Assembly (NCBI GenBank): GCA_041568735.1
Contig: JBFFZG010000001.1
Span: 4,301 to 68,300 of the forward strand
Direction of reading: 5' to 3'
DNA: 64,000 nt
DNA from: Candidatus Promineifilaceae bacterium
GTDB lineage: Bacteria; Chloroflexota; Anaerolineae; Promineifilales; Promineifilaceae
Part shown: in pieces, positions 18,188 through 27,518 of the stretch
How positions within the stretch are numbered: position 1 is the first letter of the stretch
How the letters are laid out: each line of letters starts with the position of its first letter
Made by a program: the position numbers and the translations under genes
Notes under the pieces: generated by a model
What the model was told of the DNA's origin: nothing
What the model saw: only the letters and a program-made list of their open reading frames with translations
The model's database searches: none

Positions 18188-19204
18188 TTAGCCGGCTTTC
18201 GTGGCGGTTAAACGGAAAATCTCTGCATCCTGCGCGCCAAATCGGTATTTATAATCCTCGTTCCCCCGCAAAAAATCGAAATAGCGGCAGCCTTTGCCGA
18301 TCGCCAGCTCGATGGCATGGGCCGTCAGGACAACCCCGAGACTGAACTGGCCGTAGCGGGTCGTGTCGATACCTGAATTGTAAACCCAGACGCGATCATC
18401 TGTACACAAATTAAACAATCCGGCGATGCGCTCGCCGTTCATCACCATGAACATGAGCAGCAGAGACCGCTCCCCCAGCGCGAACTCGGCGACATCGTGA
18501 AAGAGGGCGATCCGGCCGGGGTTGAGCCAGTCGTATTTCTCCGCCGTGCTCTTCTGCAGGAGATCGAGAAAATCGTCCACCGCCGCGTGGAGTTGGGCGG
18601 GATCCCGGATAATTTCCAGCTCGGCATCGGCTCCGAAAGCCCGCCGCATTTTCCGACGGATTTCATGCCGCTGTTTTTTGTCGAGCTGGGCCAGATAGTC
18701 CTCGAAATCGCCGGGAAGATCGATGATCGGGCAGACTTCCGCCCGGGTTTCGGCAAAAACAAAGCCTCGACTCTGGAGGAGTCGAGGCAGGACCTGTCGG
18801 GAGGGGGAAGCGGCCGGAATGTTATAACAGTCCAGCACCTGCCACGCGGGACAGCGCTCGCTCAAAAGACAATCGACCACCGCCGTCCAGACCGCCTCGG
18901 CCTCTTCCGGCCGGGCGATCAGGTCGAGATAATCCGTTTCTTCCTTGGTCGCGTTGAAAACCAGCCGATCCTCGCGCCGGTTAAAGCAGCCGATTCCGAC
19001 CAGGTTCTGGCCGCTGTCGCGCACGGCCACCGAGATGAGCTCCCCGACACCGAGATGGCGCCACCAGGCCGCCTGGTAATCGTGGCGTTGAAAAGGGGTC
19101 AGGGTCATCCCCTGGGCTGCAAGCCCATTCCATTCTTCCCGTTGAATGACATCAAAAACGGTGGGACCGACAATCAGCTCAGGAGAGTACATGGCGAAAA
19201 GCAT
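18188..19204 (-). CDS. GNAT-fold acyl/aminoacyl transferase (FemAB/BioF2/CelD-like)
   Basis: 338 aa; C-terminal YFDFLRGNEDYKYRFG signature of the Acetyltransf_6/CelD-like group; an alternative ATG lies at 19192. Confidence 0.65.
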   Translation of the reverse strand: MLFAMYSPELIVGPTVFDVIQREEWNGLAAQGMTLTPFQRHDYQAAWWRHLGVGELISVAVRDSGQNLVGIGCFNRREDRLVFNATKEETDYLDLIARPEEAEAVWTAVVDCLLSERCPAWQVLDCYNIPAASPSRQVLPRLLQSRGFVFAETRAEVCPIIDLPGDFEDYLAQLDKKQRHEIRRKMRRAFGADAELEIIRDPAQLHAAVDDFLDLLQKSTAEKYDWLNPGRIALFHDVAEFALGERSLLLMFMVMNGERIAGLFNLCTDDRVWVYNSGIDTTRYGQFSLGVVLTAHAIELAIGKGCRYFDFLRGNEDYKYRFGAQDAEIFRLTATKAG

Positions 19205-19230
19205 TCTAGCAGTTTCGTATCAATAAGTGG

Positions 19231-19902
19231 TTAATTTTCCGACTTTCCCCGATGAATGAACCCCTGGCCGGTGAGCCCATCCGCCGGATAGGCGGCCGCG
19301 ACCAGCTCGTCGAGCATGCGCAGGGTCAATCCCCAGATCCGAAAGCCATTGTACCAGTAGCACGGCAGCGGAATCGATACCCCGCCGCGGCTCCAGGTCA
19401 TCGTCTGCCGGTTGGCCCTATCGGCAAAAAAAGGGAGCGGAACCCAGACGATTTCGGCCACTTCAAGCGGGTCAAGCCGCCAGTCCGGGGCTCCCGTCAG
19501 GGAAAAGATAAACGGCGAAACGACCAGCGGCCGGCGGAGCGGCCGCCAGGGGCGAGCCGCCACGTCCGACAGCCGTCCGATGCAGTCCCCCAGACGCTCG
19601 ATTTCCAGACCGGTTTCTTCCCACAGCTCCCGCAATGCCGTCCGGTAAATCGTGCCGTCTTCCGGGTCCATCCGGCCGCCGGGGAAGCTCATGTGCCCCG
19701 ACCAGGGATCGCCGTCCCGCTCGGTTCGCCTGATCAGCAGGATTTCCGGCTGCCGGCTTTCCGGCGCGGGGCGTAAAATCGCCGACACGGCCGCCCGGCG
19801 GGTCCAGCGGCGAAACCAGATTTTGCGCGGCCGGTACTGGCGCAGCCGCCCGGTCACGCTGTTAGCCGGCTCCCAATCTGGAGTGGAAGGAAGCTTATCC
19901 AC
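19231..19902 (-). CDS. Nudix hydrolase, CoA-pyrophosphatase type
   Basis: 223 aa; LLIRRTERDGDPWSGHMSFPGG upstream motif plus Nudix box RELWEETGL; GTG start overlapping the GMC gene end by 8 nt. Confidence 0.8.
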   Translation of the reverse strand: MDKLPSTPDWEPANSVTGRLRQYRPRKIWFRRWTRRAAVSAILRPAPESRQPEILLIRRTERDGDPWSGHMSFPGGRMDPEDGTIYRTALRELWEETGLEIERLGDCIGRLSDVAARPWRPLRRPLVVSPFIFSLTGAPDWRLDPLEVAEIVWVPLPFFADRANRQTMTWSRGGVSIPLPCYWYNGFRIWGLTLRMLDELVAAAYPADGLTGQGFIHRGKSEN

Positions 19903-21415
19903 GAATGACCATCTCCGCCGCCTTTTCCGCCAGAGCCATCACCGGCAGCTGCGTGTTGCCGCGGGGAACGGTCGGCATGGCCGCCGCGTCGACCACCCGC
20001 AGCCCCTCGACTCCGACCACCGACAGGCTGGCATCGACGACAGACCAGGCTTCGCCGGCCGGACCCATTTTGCAGGTGCCCACCGGGTGGTATACCGTCT
20101 CGGCGGCAGTCCGAATAAAGTCGTCGAGCGCCTCGTCGGATGTGATTTCCGCTCCGGGAGCCAGCTCGCGCCCCATGACCTCCCGCAGGGGCGGCTCCTG
20201 AAACAGACGCCGGGCCAGCTTCACTCCCGCTCGCAGCGCGAGCAAGTCCACGTCTTCAGAGAGGTAGTTGGGATTGATCAGCGGCGCGTGGAGGGCATCG
20301 GTGCTGCGCAGGCGCACCGAACCCCGGCTCTGAGGATTGAGCAGCGCCGGGGAGATGCCGATTCCCTTGTGCCCCAACTTTTCGTGCAGTCCGGGGTGAA
20401 AAAAGAACTGAATATCGGGAGCCGGCAGGGTTTCCTGAGAGCGCCAGAAGCCGCCGGCCGGGACGCCGTTGGACGTCAGCGGCCCCCGGCGCAGCAGATA
20501 CGGCAGGCGGTAGCGGCCGACCCGGTCCGCCTCCAGAATCGACTCCCCGTGAACTTCCCCGTAAACCTGCACCAGGAGATGGTCGTGAAGATTTTGGCCA
20601 ACCCCGGGCCGGTCGGCCCGCACATGAATACCCAGGCGCCGCAGCTCGGCCGCCGGACCGATGCCGGAGAGGAGGAGAATCTGGGGACTGTGAAAAGCCC
20701 CCGCGCAGAGGATGACCTCGCGGGCCGCCTTCACCTCCCTCACTTCCTCATCCTGGTAGTAGCGCACGCCGACGACCCGCTGCTCCTGGAATAGCAGGTT
20801 CAGGACATGGGCGCCGGTGCGTACGGTCAGGTTGGGGCGGTAGAGCGCCGGCTGCAGGTAGGCGTCCACCGGGCTGAAGCGGCGTCCCTTCCGGATGGTC
20901 ATCAGGTAGCGGCCAAACCCTTCCGGGCAACCGTAGCTGATCGTCTCTTCGCGCGGCAGACCCAGGCGGCCGGCCGCCTGCAGGAAGCGCTCCTCCACCG
21001 GCAGCCGGAACGGGGGCAGATCCGGCTCGAGCTGGTCGACCGCGCGGCGAAAGTAGGGCTGCAGATCGGCGTGGCTCCAGCCATCATTCCCCGCCAGCGC
21101 CCAGCCGTCGTAGTCTTCGGGGTGGCCGCTGGCGATGATCATGGCATTGATGGCAGCCGAACCGCCGATGACTTTACCGCGCGGCTGATCGACTACCCGG
21201 CCGTTCAAACCGGCCTGCGGCGTCGTCTTTTCCCCCCAGTCAACATCGCTGCCCCACAGGAACGACCAGCCAAGCGGCACCCGAATTTCTCGCCGCTTGT
21301 CGAACTCCCCGGCTTCGAGCAGCAAAACGCTGCGCCGGGAGTCTGCGGTCAGCCGGTTGGCCAGAACACAGCCGGCCGCTCCGGCGCCCACGATGACGAC
21401 ATCATACATCGTCAA
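19895..21415 (-). CDS. GMC family FAD oxidoreductase (choline dehydrogenase-like)
   Basis: 506 aa; YDVVIVGAGAAGCVLANRL, GGSAAINAM, C-terminal HPVGTCKMG and MPTVPRGNT. Confidence 0.9.
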   Translation of the reverse strand: MTMYDVVIVGAGAAGCVLANRLTADSRRSVLLLEAGEFDKRREIRVPLGWSFLWGSDVDWGEKTTPQAGLNGRVVDQPRGKVIGGSAAINAMIIASGHPEDYDGWALAGNDGWSHADLQPYFRRAVDQLEPDLPPFRLPVEERFLQAAGRLGLPREETISYGCPEGFGRYLMTIRKGRRFSPVDAYLQPALYRPNLTVRTGAHVLNLLFQEQRVVGVRYYQDEEVREVKAAREVILCAGAFHSPQILLLSGIGPAAELRRLGIHVRADRPGVGQNLHDHLLVQVYGEVHGESILEADRVGRYRLPYLLRRGPLTSNGVPAGGFWRSQETLPAPDIQFFFHPGLHEKLGHKGIGISPALLNPQSRGSVRLRSTDALHAPLINPNYLSEDVDLLALRAGVKLARRLFQEPPLREVMGRELAPGAEITSDEALDDFIRTAAETVYHPVGTCKMGPAGEAWSVVDASLSVVGVEGLRVVDAAAMPTVPRGNTQLPVMALAEKAAEMVIRG

Positions 21416-23943
21416 TCCCGCTGCTCGTAAACAAAGCGGCGCACCTTCTCGGCCACGGACGTCGGGTCGATCTCGGTGCGCGCTTCCCCGGCGGCGATCG
21501 CCTGGCGAACCACCGCCTCGGCTACGGCCGGTGCCACGGAAAAATGGGTGCTGGGCGGAATGATGTATTCCGGCCGCAGTTCCTTATCCTTAACCAGGCC
21601 GGCGATCGCGCGGGCGGCCTCGATTTTCATATCGTCGGTGATCTGCCGCACCCGGGCATCCAGGGCACCGCGAAAGATGCCCGGGAAGGCCAGGGAGTTG
21701 TTGACCTGGTTCGGCAGGTCGCTACGGCCGGTGGCGATGATGGCCGCCCCGGCTTCGAGCGCCTCATCCGGCATGATTTCCGGAATCGGATTGGCCAGGG
21801 CGAAGATAATCGGATCCGGGGCCATCGATCGCACCATCGACTGGGAAAGCGCCCCGGCTACGGAGACCCCGATGAAGACGTCCCGTCCCTTGATCACTTT
21901 CTTCAGGGGGCCGGCGATTTTATCCGGGTTGGTCAGTTTGGCCATGCGGGCTTTGATCCAGTTGAGATTCTTGTCTCCCTCCCGAATCGCCCCCTTGCTG
22001 TCGAGAATGACGATATCCTCGACCCCCATGCGCATCAGCAGCTTCGTGATGGCAATACCGGCCGCTCCGGCCCCATTGATCGCCACGCTCAGATCGGAGG
22101 GCTTTTTCCCGGTCAGCCGGCAGGCGTTCAGAATGCCGGCCAGCACCACGACGGCCGTTCCATGCTGGTCGTCATGAAACACCGGAATGCCCATGATCGC
22201 CTTGAGCTTCTCCTCGATTTCAAAGCAGCGTGGCGCGCTGATATCCTCGAGATTAATACCGCCAAATGTCGGTTCCAGCCGCTGGACGATTTCCACAATT
22301 TCGTCGACATCCTGGGTGTTCAGGCAGATCGGAAAGGCTTCGACCCCGGCAAAGGTGTGGAAGAGTATCGCCTTGCCTTCCATGACGGGCAGGGCGGCCC
22401 GGCTGCCGATATTCCCGAGGCCGAGCACGGCACTGCCGTCGGTCACCACGCCGACCAGGTTGCCGCGGGCGGTCACTTCGAAGGCCTGGCTCCGGTTGCG
22501 GGCGATGATCTCGGCCGCTTCCATCGCCTCCGGCATCAGGTAGAACTGCCGCAAAATGAATTCATCTTTGACGGGGATGTTGCTCTTGATTTCCAGCAGG
22601 CCGTTGAAGCGGTCGTGCAGTTCGAGCGATTCCTCCGCCAGGCTCATCTTGCGCTCGCTCTTTGGCGCCACCGGGAACTGCCCTTCATAGACAAAGCGCC
22701 GGGTGCGCTCCTCGATAATCTCCGGGGAGATGGCTGTCCGCTTGGCTTTGCCTTCAGCCAGGATCACCCGGGCCACGGCCGCGGCCACTGCCGGCGCGAC
22801 CCGGTAGTCGATGACCCGCGGGTAGATGTAATAGGCATGGAGCTCGTCCTCGGTGATGATCCCGGCGACCGCCCGGGCCGCCGCGATCTGGGCCGACACG
22901 GGGAAGCTCTCCGCCCGCACGTCGAGCAGGCCGCGGAAAACGCCGGGCAGCACGGCCGTCACATCCATGTGATTGGGATAGGTTGAATGAGCGGTGGCCA
23001 CGACGGCCGCCCCGGCCAGCTCGGCCTCCCGCGGGCTCATGCCCGTCGGTTCGCCAAACATGAACAGGATCGGCGAAGGAGCCATCGAGCGCACGTGGTC
23101 GGGGGTGATTTCGCCGCTCATGAACCCGACGAAGGCATCCGCCCCTTTCAGCATCTCCGTCAGCGTGCCGCTTTCCCCTTTTGGATTGCTGACCTTGGCG
23201 ATTTCCCATTTACCCCAGTTCATGTTGTGGGGCCGGTAGAGATAGATGGCCCCCATCTGGTCGCAGACGATGATCTGGCGCAGGCCGAAGTGATAGAGCA
23301 GGTGGGCGGTGCCCAGGCCGGCCGCACCCGCTCCATTGATGATGACCCGCATATCGAGCAGATCTTTGCCGACCACCCTGGCGGCATTCATGAGGCCGGC
23401 CAGGACGCCAATGGCCACCCCTTCCATGTGATTGTTGATCACCGGAATATTCAAGGAATAAGCCAGCCGCCGGGTGATCGAAATGCTGCGGGGTGAGGAA
23501 ACATCCTCCACGCTGACAGCGCCGAAGGTTGGACTCAGATTCAGGACGACATCGGTAAATTCAGTCGTATGCTCCGCCTGGATGGCGATCGGCAGGGCAT
23601 CGACACCGGCGAAAGTCTTCAAAATGACCGCCTTGCTTTCCAGGATCGGCAAAATCGCCTCCGGACCGATATCGCCCAGCCCATAGGCGGCCGATCCGTT
23701 TGAGACAATCGCCACAAAATTCCCCCGGCAGGTGATATCGAAGGAGCGCGCCGGATGGCGGGCGATTTCCAGGCACGGTTCGGCCACCCCTGGGGTGTAG
23801 ACGAGACTGAGGGCGGTGCTGTCACGCACCTGGACTTTACTGCGGACGCTGACAAGTCCCTGGTAGCGCCGGCGATAATGCATCGCCTCACTTTCCTGGG
23901 AGCCGGTCTCGCTTTTTTTGGATTTCAAGGTTGTTTCAGACAT
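21412..23943 (-). CDS. tandem double malic-enzyme protein (two ME units in one polypeptide)
   Basis: 843 aa. Unit 1 (~1-425) has YTPGVAEPC, GLGDIG, INGAGAAGLG. Unit 2 (~430-843) has TDGSAVLGLGNIG, PVMEGKA, NLEDISAP, HDDQHGTA, INGAGAAGIA. The stop overlaps the GMC gene start (ATGA). Confidence 0.85.
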   Translation of the reverse strand: MSETTLKSKKSETGSQESEAMHYRRRYQGLVSVRSKVQVRDSTALSLVYTPGVAEPCLEIARHPARSFDITCRGNFVAIVSNGSAAYGLGDIGPEAILPILESKAVILKTFAGVDALPIAIQAEHTTEFTDVVLNLSPTFGAVSVEDVSSPRSISITRRLAYSLNIPVINNHMEGVAIGVLAGLMNAARVVGKDLLDMRVIINGAGAAGLGTAHLLYHFGLRQIIVCDQMGAIYLYRPHNMNWGKWEIAKVSNPKGESGTLTEMLKGADAFVGFMSGEITPDHVRSMAPSPILFMFGEPTGMSPREAELAGAAVVATAHSTYPNHMDVTAVLPGVFRGLLDVRAESFPVSAQIAAARAVAGIITEDELHAYYIYPRVIDYRVAPAVAAAVARVILAEGKAKRTAISPEIIEERTRRFVYEGQFPVAPKSERKMSLAEESLELHDRFNGLLEIKSNIPVKDEFILRQFYLMPEAMEAAEIIARNRSQAFEVTARGNLVGVVTDGSAVLGLGNIGSRAALPVMEGKAILFHTFAGVEAFPICLNTQDVDEIVEIVQRLEPTFGGINLEDISAPRCFEIEEKLKAIMGIPVFHDDQHGTAVVVLAGILNACRLTGKKPSDLSVAINGAGAAGIAITKLLMRMGVEDIVILDSKGAIREGDKNLNWIKARMAKLTNPDKIAGPLKKVIKGRDVFIGVSVAGALSQSMVRSMAPDPIIFALANPIPEIMPDEALEAGAAIIATGRSDLPNQVNNSLAFPGIFRGALDARVRQITDDMKIEAARAIAGLVKDKELRPEYIIPPSTHFSVAPAVAEAVVRQAIAAGEARTEIDPTSVAEKVRRFVYEQRD

Positions 23944-24029
23944 AAGCTTCTTTCAGGTTTGTCCTATCCGCGCCAGTTTGGGGGCTGCGCGGGTTAGCTG
24001 TTCAGGATTAGAACATAGATCGATGGGGA

Positions 24030-25895
24030 TTACAACCGGCCGACGAGCTCCCGCTCATCGCCCACCCGGCGGGTGATTTTTTGCTGGTCGAGGTGTTCGA
24101 GGAAGGCGATCACGTATTTGCGGCTCGTCTGGAAAAGATCCCGCACCTGGGCTGCCGTGACCCGTCCCTGCCGGCGAAAGAGATCGATCAGCTCCTGGCG
24201 AAATTTCTGGTAATCTTCGGTTCGATAAAAGACATCCTCGCCGACGATCTGCAGCCGGCCGAGATCAACCAGGGCGTAAAATGGATCGTCGCCGACGGCC
24301 GCACGGGCTTCTTTGACGCTGGGTGAGTTGATGCCGGCCGCCGCCAGCTCCGCCATGAGCCGATCAATCCGCTTTTCTGTTTCCGGGTCGAAAGTCACTT
24401 CGTGGCCCGGCCGCTGCACCAGCGATCTGGCCTGGACCAGGCCGGCCGCCTCCAGAAGCGCTCCCATGACGGCCGTCGGCACGCCCAGCCGGCTGCGGAC
24501 TTCCTCCAGGGAAATGCCGAGCCGGAGCGGATGGTCGCGATGATAGCTGTCGACGATCTCCCGCACCGCCTGCACCAATCGCCCCCAGCGGCGGGATGAG
24601 ATGAGCTGGCTTTCAACCAGCCGGGCCTCGCCGTTTTCGAGGATTTCCCGCAGCGCGTCGTCAAAATCCCCTTCTTCCAGGCCGGACTGCCGCTTGAATT
24701 TGGCCAGCTGGATCGGTTCCATTCGCTCCAGCTTCTGCAGCAGGAGATCACCCGGAGTTCCTTCCTCCAGGGTGCGCATCCGCTCGAGCACGTTCGGTTT
24801 GAAGCGCCGGTGCTGCCGCCCGGGATGCGGGTCGAGGATGGAACCTCCGCCGATCGTCGCCGGCGGCGAAGGCCGGCGCAGGATGAAGCGATCCCCGCGC
24901 AGGGCGGCGACCGGCTGCTCGAGCACCAGCTGCAGCCAGCCGCTCTCGCCCGGAGGAATTTCCTGGCGGCCGAGCAGGCGGGTCCTGGCCTGGACTTCGG
25001 CCGACCCGATAAACAGCTTGACCGTCTTGTTGTGCTTCAGGCTGCCCCCGGCGTCGGGCAGCTGGCGGTAGGCGGTGTCGATGAGCACGGTTGGCCGCAG
25101 AACCCCCTCTCCGGCCAGCACGTCTCCACGCTGCAGGGCATCTTTATCGATCCCCGTTAAGTTGACCGCCACCCGGCTGCCCGGCTCGACGGAATCCCGC
25201 CTGGTTTTGTGGCTCTGCAGGCCGCGAATGCGCGCCGAGATACCCCTGGGATGAATGGTCACCGAATCGCCGGTGGCCAGCCGGCCATCGAGCAGGGTTC
25301 CAGTGACGATCGTGCCAAAGCCCGGCAGGGAGAAAACCCGGTCGATCGGCAGGCGGGGGCGGCCGTTGTCCGGCCGCTTGGACACCTGGCTCAAGCGGGC
25401 CGCCAGCCGCTCTTTCAGATCGTCCAGGCCGGCGCCTGTTCGGGCGGACACCGGCACGATCTCCGCTCCGTCCAGGACCGTCTCTTCCAGCGCCTCGGCC
25501 ACTTCGAGCGTCACCAGCTCCAACCAGTCCGGATCGTCGATCATATCGGTCTTGGTCAGGGCCACCAGCCCTGACTTCACCGCCAGCAGATTCAGGATCG
25601 AGAGGTGCTCTCGGGTCTGCGGCATCACCCCTTCATCGGCCGCGATGACCAGCAGCGCCAGGTCAATCCCCCCCACCCCGGCCAGCATATTTTCGATGAA
25701 ATCCCGGTGGCCGGGGACGTCCACCACCCCAATTTCGGCATCGACCCCCGGCAGGGTGAGCCAGGCGAACCCCAGGTCGATCGTCATTTCCCGCGCTTTT
25801 TCTTCCTGCAGGCGGTCGGGATCGATCCCGGTGAGGGCTCGAACGAGCGTCGATTTACCGTGGTCGACATGCCCGGCGGTTCCAATCACATACAT
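24030..25895 (-). CDS. selB: selenocysteine-specific elongation factor
   Basis: 621 aa; [20 protein letters not shown]-domain motifs followed by EF-Tu-like domains and a long winged-helix C-terminal extension typical of bacterial SelB. Confidence 0.9.
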   Translation of the reverse strand: MYVIGTAGHVDHGKSTLVRALTGIDPDRLQEEKAREMTIDLGFAWLTLPGVDAEIGVVDVPGHRDFIENMLAGVGGIDLALLVIAADEGVMPQTREHLSILNLLAVKSGLVALTKTDMIDDPDWLELVTLEVAEALEETVLDGAEIVPVSARTGAGLDDLKERLAARLSQVSKRPDNGRPRLPIDRVFSLPGFGTIVTGTLLDGRLATGDSVTIHPRGISARIRGLQSHKTRRDSVEPGSRVAVNLTGIDKDALQRGDVLAGEGVLRPTVLIDTAYRQLPDAGGSLKHNKTVKLFIGSAEVQARTRLLGRQEIPPGESGWLQLVLEQPVAALRGDRFILRRPSPPATIGGGSILDPHPGRQHRRFKPNVLERMRTLEEGTPGDLLLQKLERMEPIQLAKFKRQSGLEEGDFDDALREILENGEARLVESQLISSRRWGRLVQAVREIVDSYHRDHPLRLGISLEEVRSRLGVPTAVMGALLEAAGLVQARSLVQRPGHEVTFDPETEKRIDRLMAELAAAGINSPSVKEARAAVGDDPFYALVDLGRLQIVGEDVFYRTEDYQKFRQELIDLFRRQGRVTAAQVRDLFQTSRKYVIAFLEHLDQQKITRRVGDERELVGRL

Positions 25896-26054
25896 CGGCA
25901 GCTGTTTCCCCTGTCAGGCGGCCGCTGGGGCCGGCGCGTCTATAAAAAGAGAGCGCGGTCGACAGCCGGCCAAAACGATCCAATCGGCCCTGCCTCACCG
26001 CGCTCCGCCGCCCACTCGCCTATCATCAGGGGGTGGGGGCCCCAGCTCATTTCA

Positions 26055-27317
26055 TTAATAAATATCTTCGTCGACCTGGACCAGTGAGGGTTCTCGCCGC
26101 CGGTTTGGATCCCGGGCGCGGGCTTTCTCGACTTCCTCCAACCAGATGCGCGGCATCTGTTTGATGGCGTCGAGCTGGGCGCTCTGCACCCGCCAGAGGG
26201 CCTCCTTGTCGGCGATGAGATCCTTGACGATCTCCTCGAGTACGGCCGTCTGCTCCTCCATACCTTTATCCCGGCGCAGCCCTTCCGCGAGCCGCTGCTC
26301 GTTTTCCACCTCGAAGGCCCGCCACCGCTTTTCAATATCCACCAGGAAGTTGTCCCAGCGGACCTGCATCCGGTTGATTTCAACCCGGGAGAGGTTGGTG
26401 AGCTCTTTCTGCGTCTGCTCAAAAGACTTCTGCCAGTCGGTCAGCGACTGCATCAGCATGCGAGCTTCTTTATGCTGCTCGGTAAAACCGGCCCATTCCC
26501 GCTGGTACCGGTCCAGGATGGTCCTGAATTCTTCCAGGGATTCCCCCCATTTGGTGATGCGCTGGTTGCGTTCATATTCGCCGAGCTGGATCTGGTCGAC
26601 CCAGCTTTTGACCATCTGCCGCAGCTCGTTATGGGTTTCGCCGATCGCCTGCATTTCCCCTTCGGCTTTCTGGACATTTTGGTAGAGCAGGTCGAGCCGG
26701 CCGTGGACCGGTTCCAGGCGGCGAGTTAGCTCGAGAATGTCCCCTTCGATCTGGGTCACCATCTTGGCCCGCTGCTGGTCGTTGGCGGTGATAAATGAAA
26801 GCTCGCGCTCCCAATTTTCCATGCGGTTTTCCAGATTGGGCAGCTTGGTCTGCAGCTTGCCAATCAGGTTGGCCAGGCGCGCTTCTTCCGCCTGGCGCAG
26901 CTCCATTTCGTCCCGGAGCCGGCCGAACTGGGGAATCTCTTTGCGCACGTCGGCCATCTCGCGCACCAGCGATTCGTGCTCGGCCCGGCGCAGGCGTTCG
27001 ATTTCCTGAATGGCTCGGGTCTGCCGCTGCTCGTACTGCTCGATCAGGCGGACCAGTTCATCTTTAAACTGCTCAAGCGTGGCATCGAATTTAGTCGTCC
27101 GATTCAACTGCAGCGCGGCGTCCGCGAGCCGCGTCTCCAGGTCTTTGATTCGCTTTTCCCGGCTCACCAGAATCGTTTCCTGCTGGGCGACACGCTGTTC
27201 GAGCAGGCCGACCTCTTTATTGGCTTTGCGCCGCTCCTCGTCGAGGTACTCGACCCGCGCTAAAAGCTCTTCTAACTCCTGCCGCTGAACCGCGCCGGTT
27301 GAATTTTGTTTTGCCAT
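26055..27317 (-). CDS. coiled-coil-rich cytoplasmic protein of unknown function
   Basis: 420 aa, E/R/Q/L-rich heptad-like sequence throughout, no TM or signal peptide; GGAG upstream of the ATG and its own promoter. Confidence 0.6.
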   Translation of the reverse strand: MAKQNSTGAVQRQELEELLARVEYLDEERRKANKEVGLLEQRVAQQETILVSREKRIKDLETRLADAALQLNRTTKFDATLEQFKDELVRLIEQYEQRQTRAIQEIERLRRAEHESLVREMADVRKEIPQFGRLRDEMELRQAEEARLANLIGKLQTKLPNLENRMENWERELSFITANDQQRAKMVTQIEGDILELTRRLEPVHGRLDLLYQNVQKAEGEMQAIGETHNELRQMVKSWVDQIQLGEYERNQRITKWGESLEEFRTILDRYQREWAGFTEQHKEARMLMQSLTDWQKSFEQTQKELTNLSRVEINRMQVRWDNFLVDIEKRWRAFEVENEQRLAEGLRRDKGMEEQTAVLEEIVKDLIADKEALWRVQSAQLDAIKQMPRIWLEEVEKARARDPNRRREPSLVQVDEDIY

Positions 27318-27361
27318 GATGTCTTTCTCCGCTGGTCGCCGCCAGTTAGAAATTTGGATGC

Positions 27362-27390
27362 ATTATAACGTGGGTTAAAATTGATGTCAT
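27362..27390 (-). promoter_or_regulatory. near-consensus sigma70-type promoter for the coiled-coil gene
   Basis: minus strand reads ATGACA - 17 nt - TATAAT, about 45 nt upstream of the ATG at 27317. Confidence 0.55.
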
Positions 27391-27416
27391 CCCGGACTGA
27401 ATTCGGGCTTTTTTTT
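27391..27416 (+). terminator. terminator-like hairpin plus U8 tract in the GT4 operon upstream region
   Basis: cccgga/ttcggg 6-bp stem (one G-U), 5-nt loop, then c + tttttttt; there is no plus-strand gene upstream to terminate. Confidence 0.25.
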
Positions 27417-27518
27417 CTCATAAACACGCCGGCTGGCGCCGGACGCCAACTGGCTCACGGCGGCCGGTCCAATCATGTCCCTCCGGACTGCCGGCAGGCG
27501 AATTTGGCGGGTTCTGTT

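Noticed and set aside
16790-18211. 473-aa plus-strand ORF; similar cases at 905-2221 (-), 28625-29932 (-), 6741-7733 (-) and 60109-61002 (-)
   Set aside because: Each is antisense to a gene with clear family motifs (GT4, histidine kinase, GT4, cyclase-ATPase, enoyl-CoA hydratase). Composition is typical of GC-rich shadow frames.
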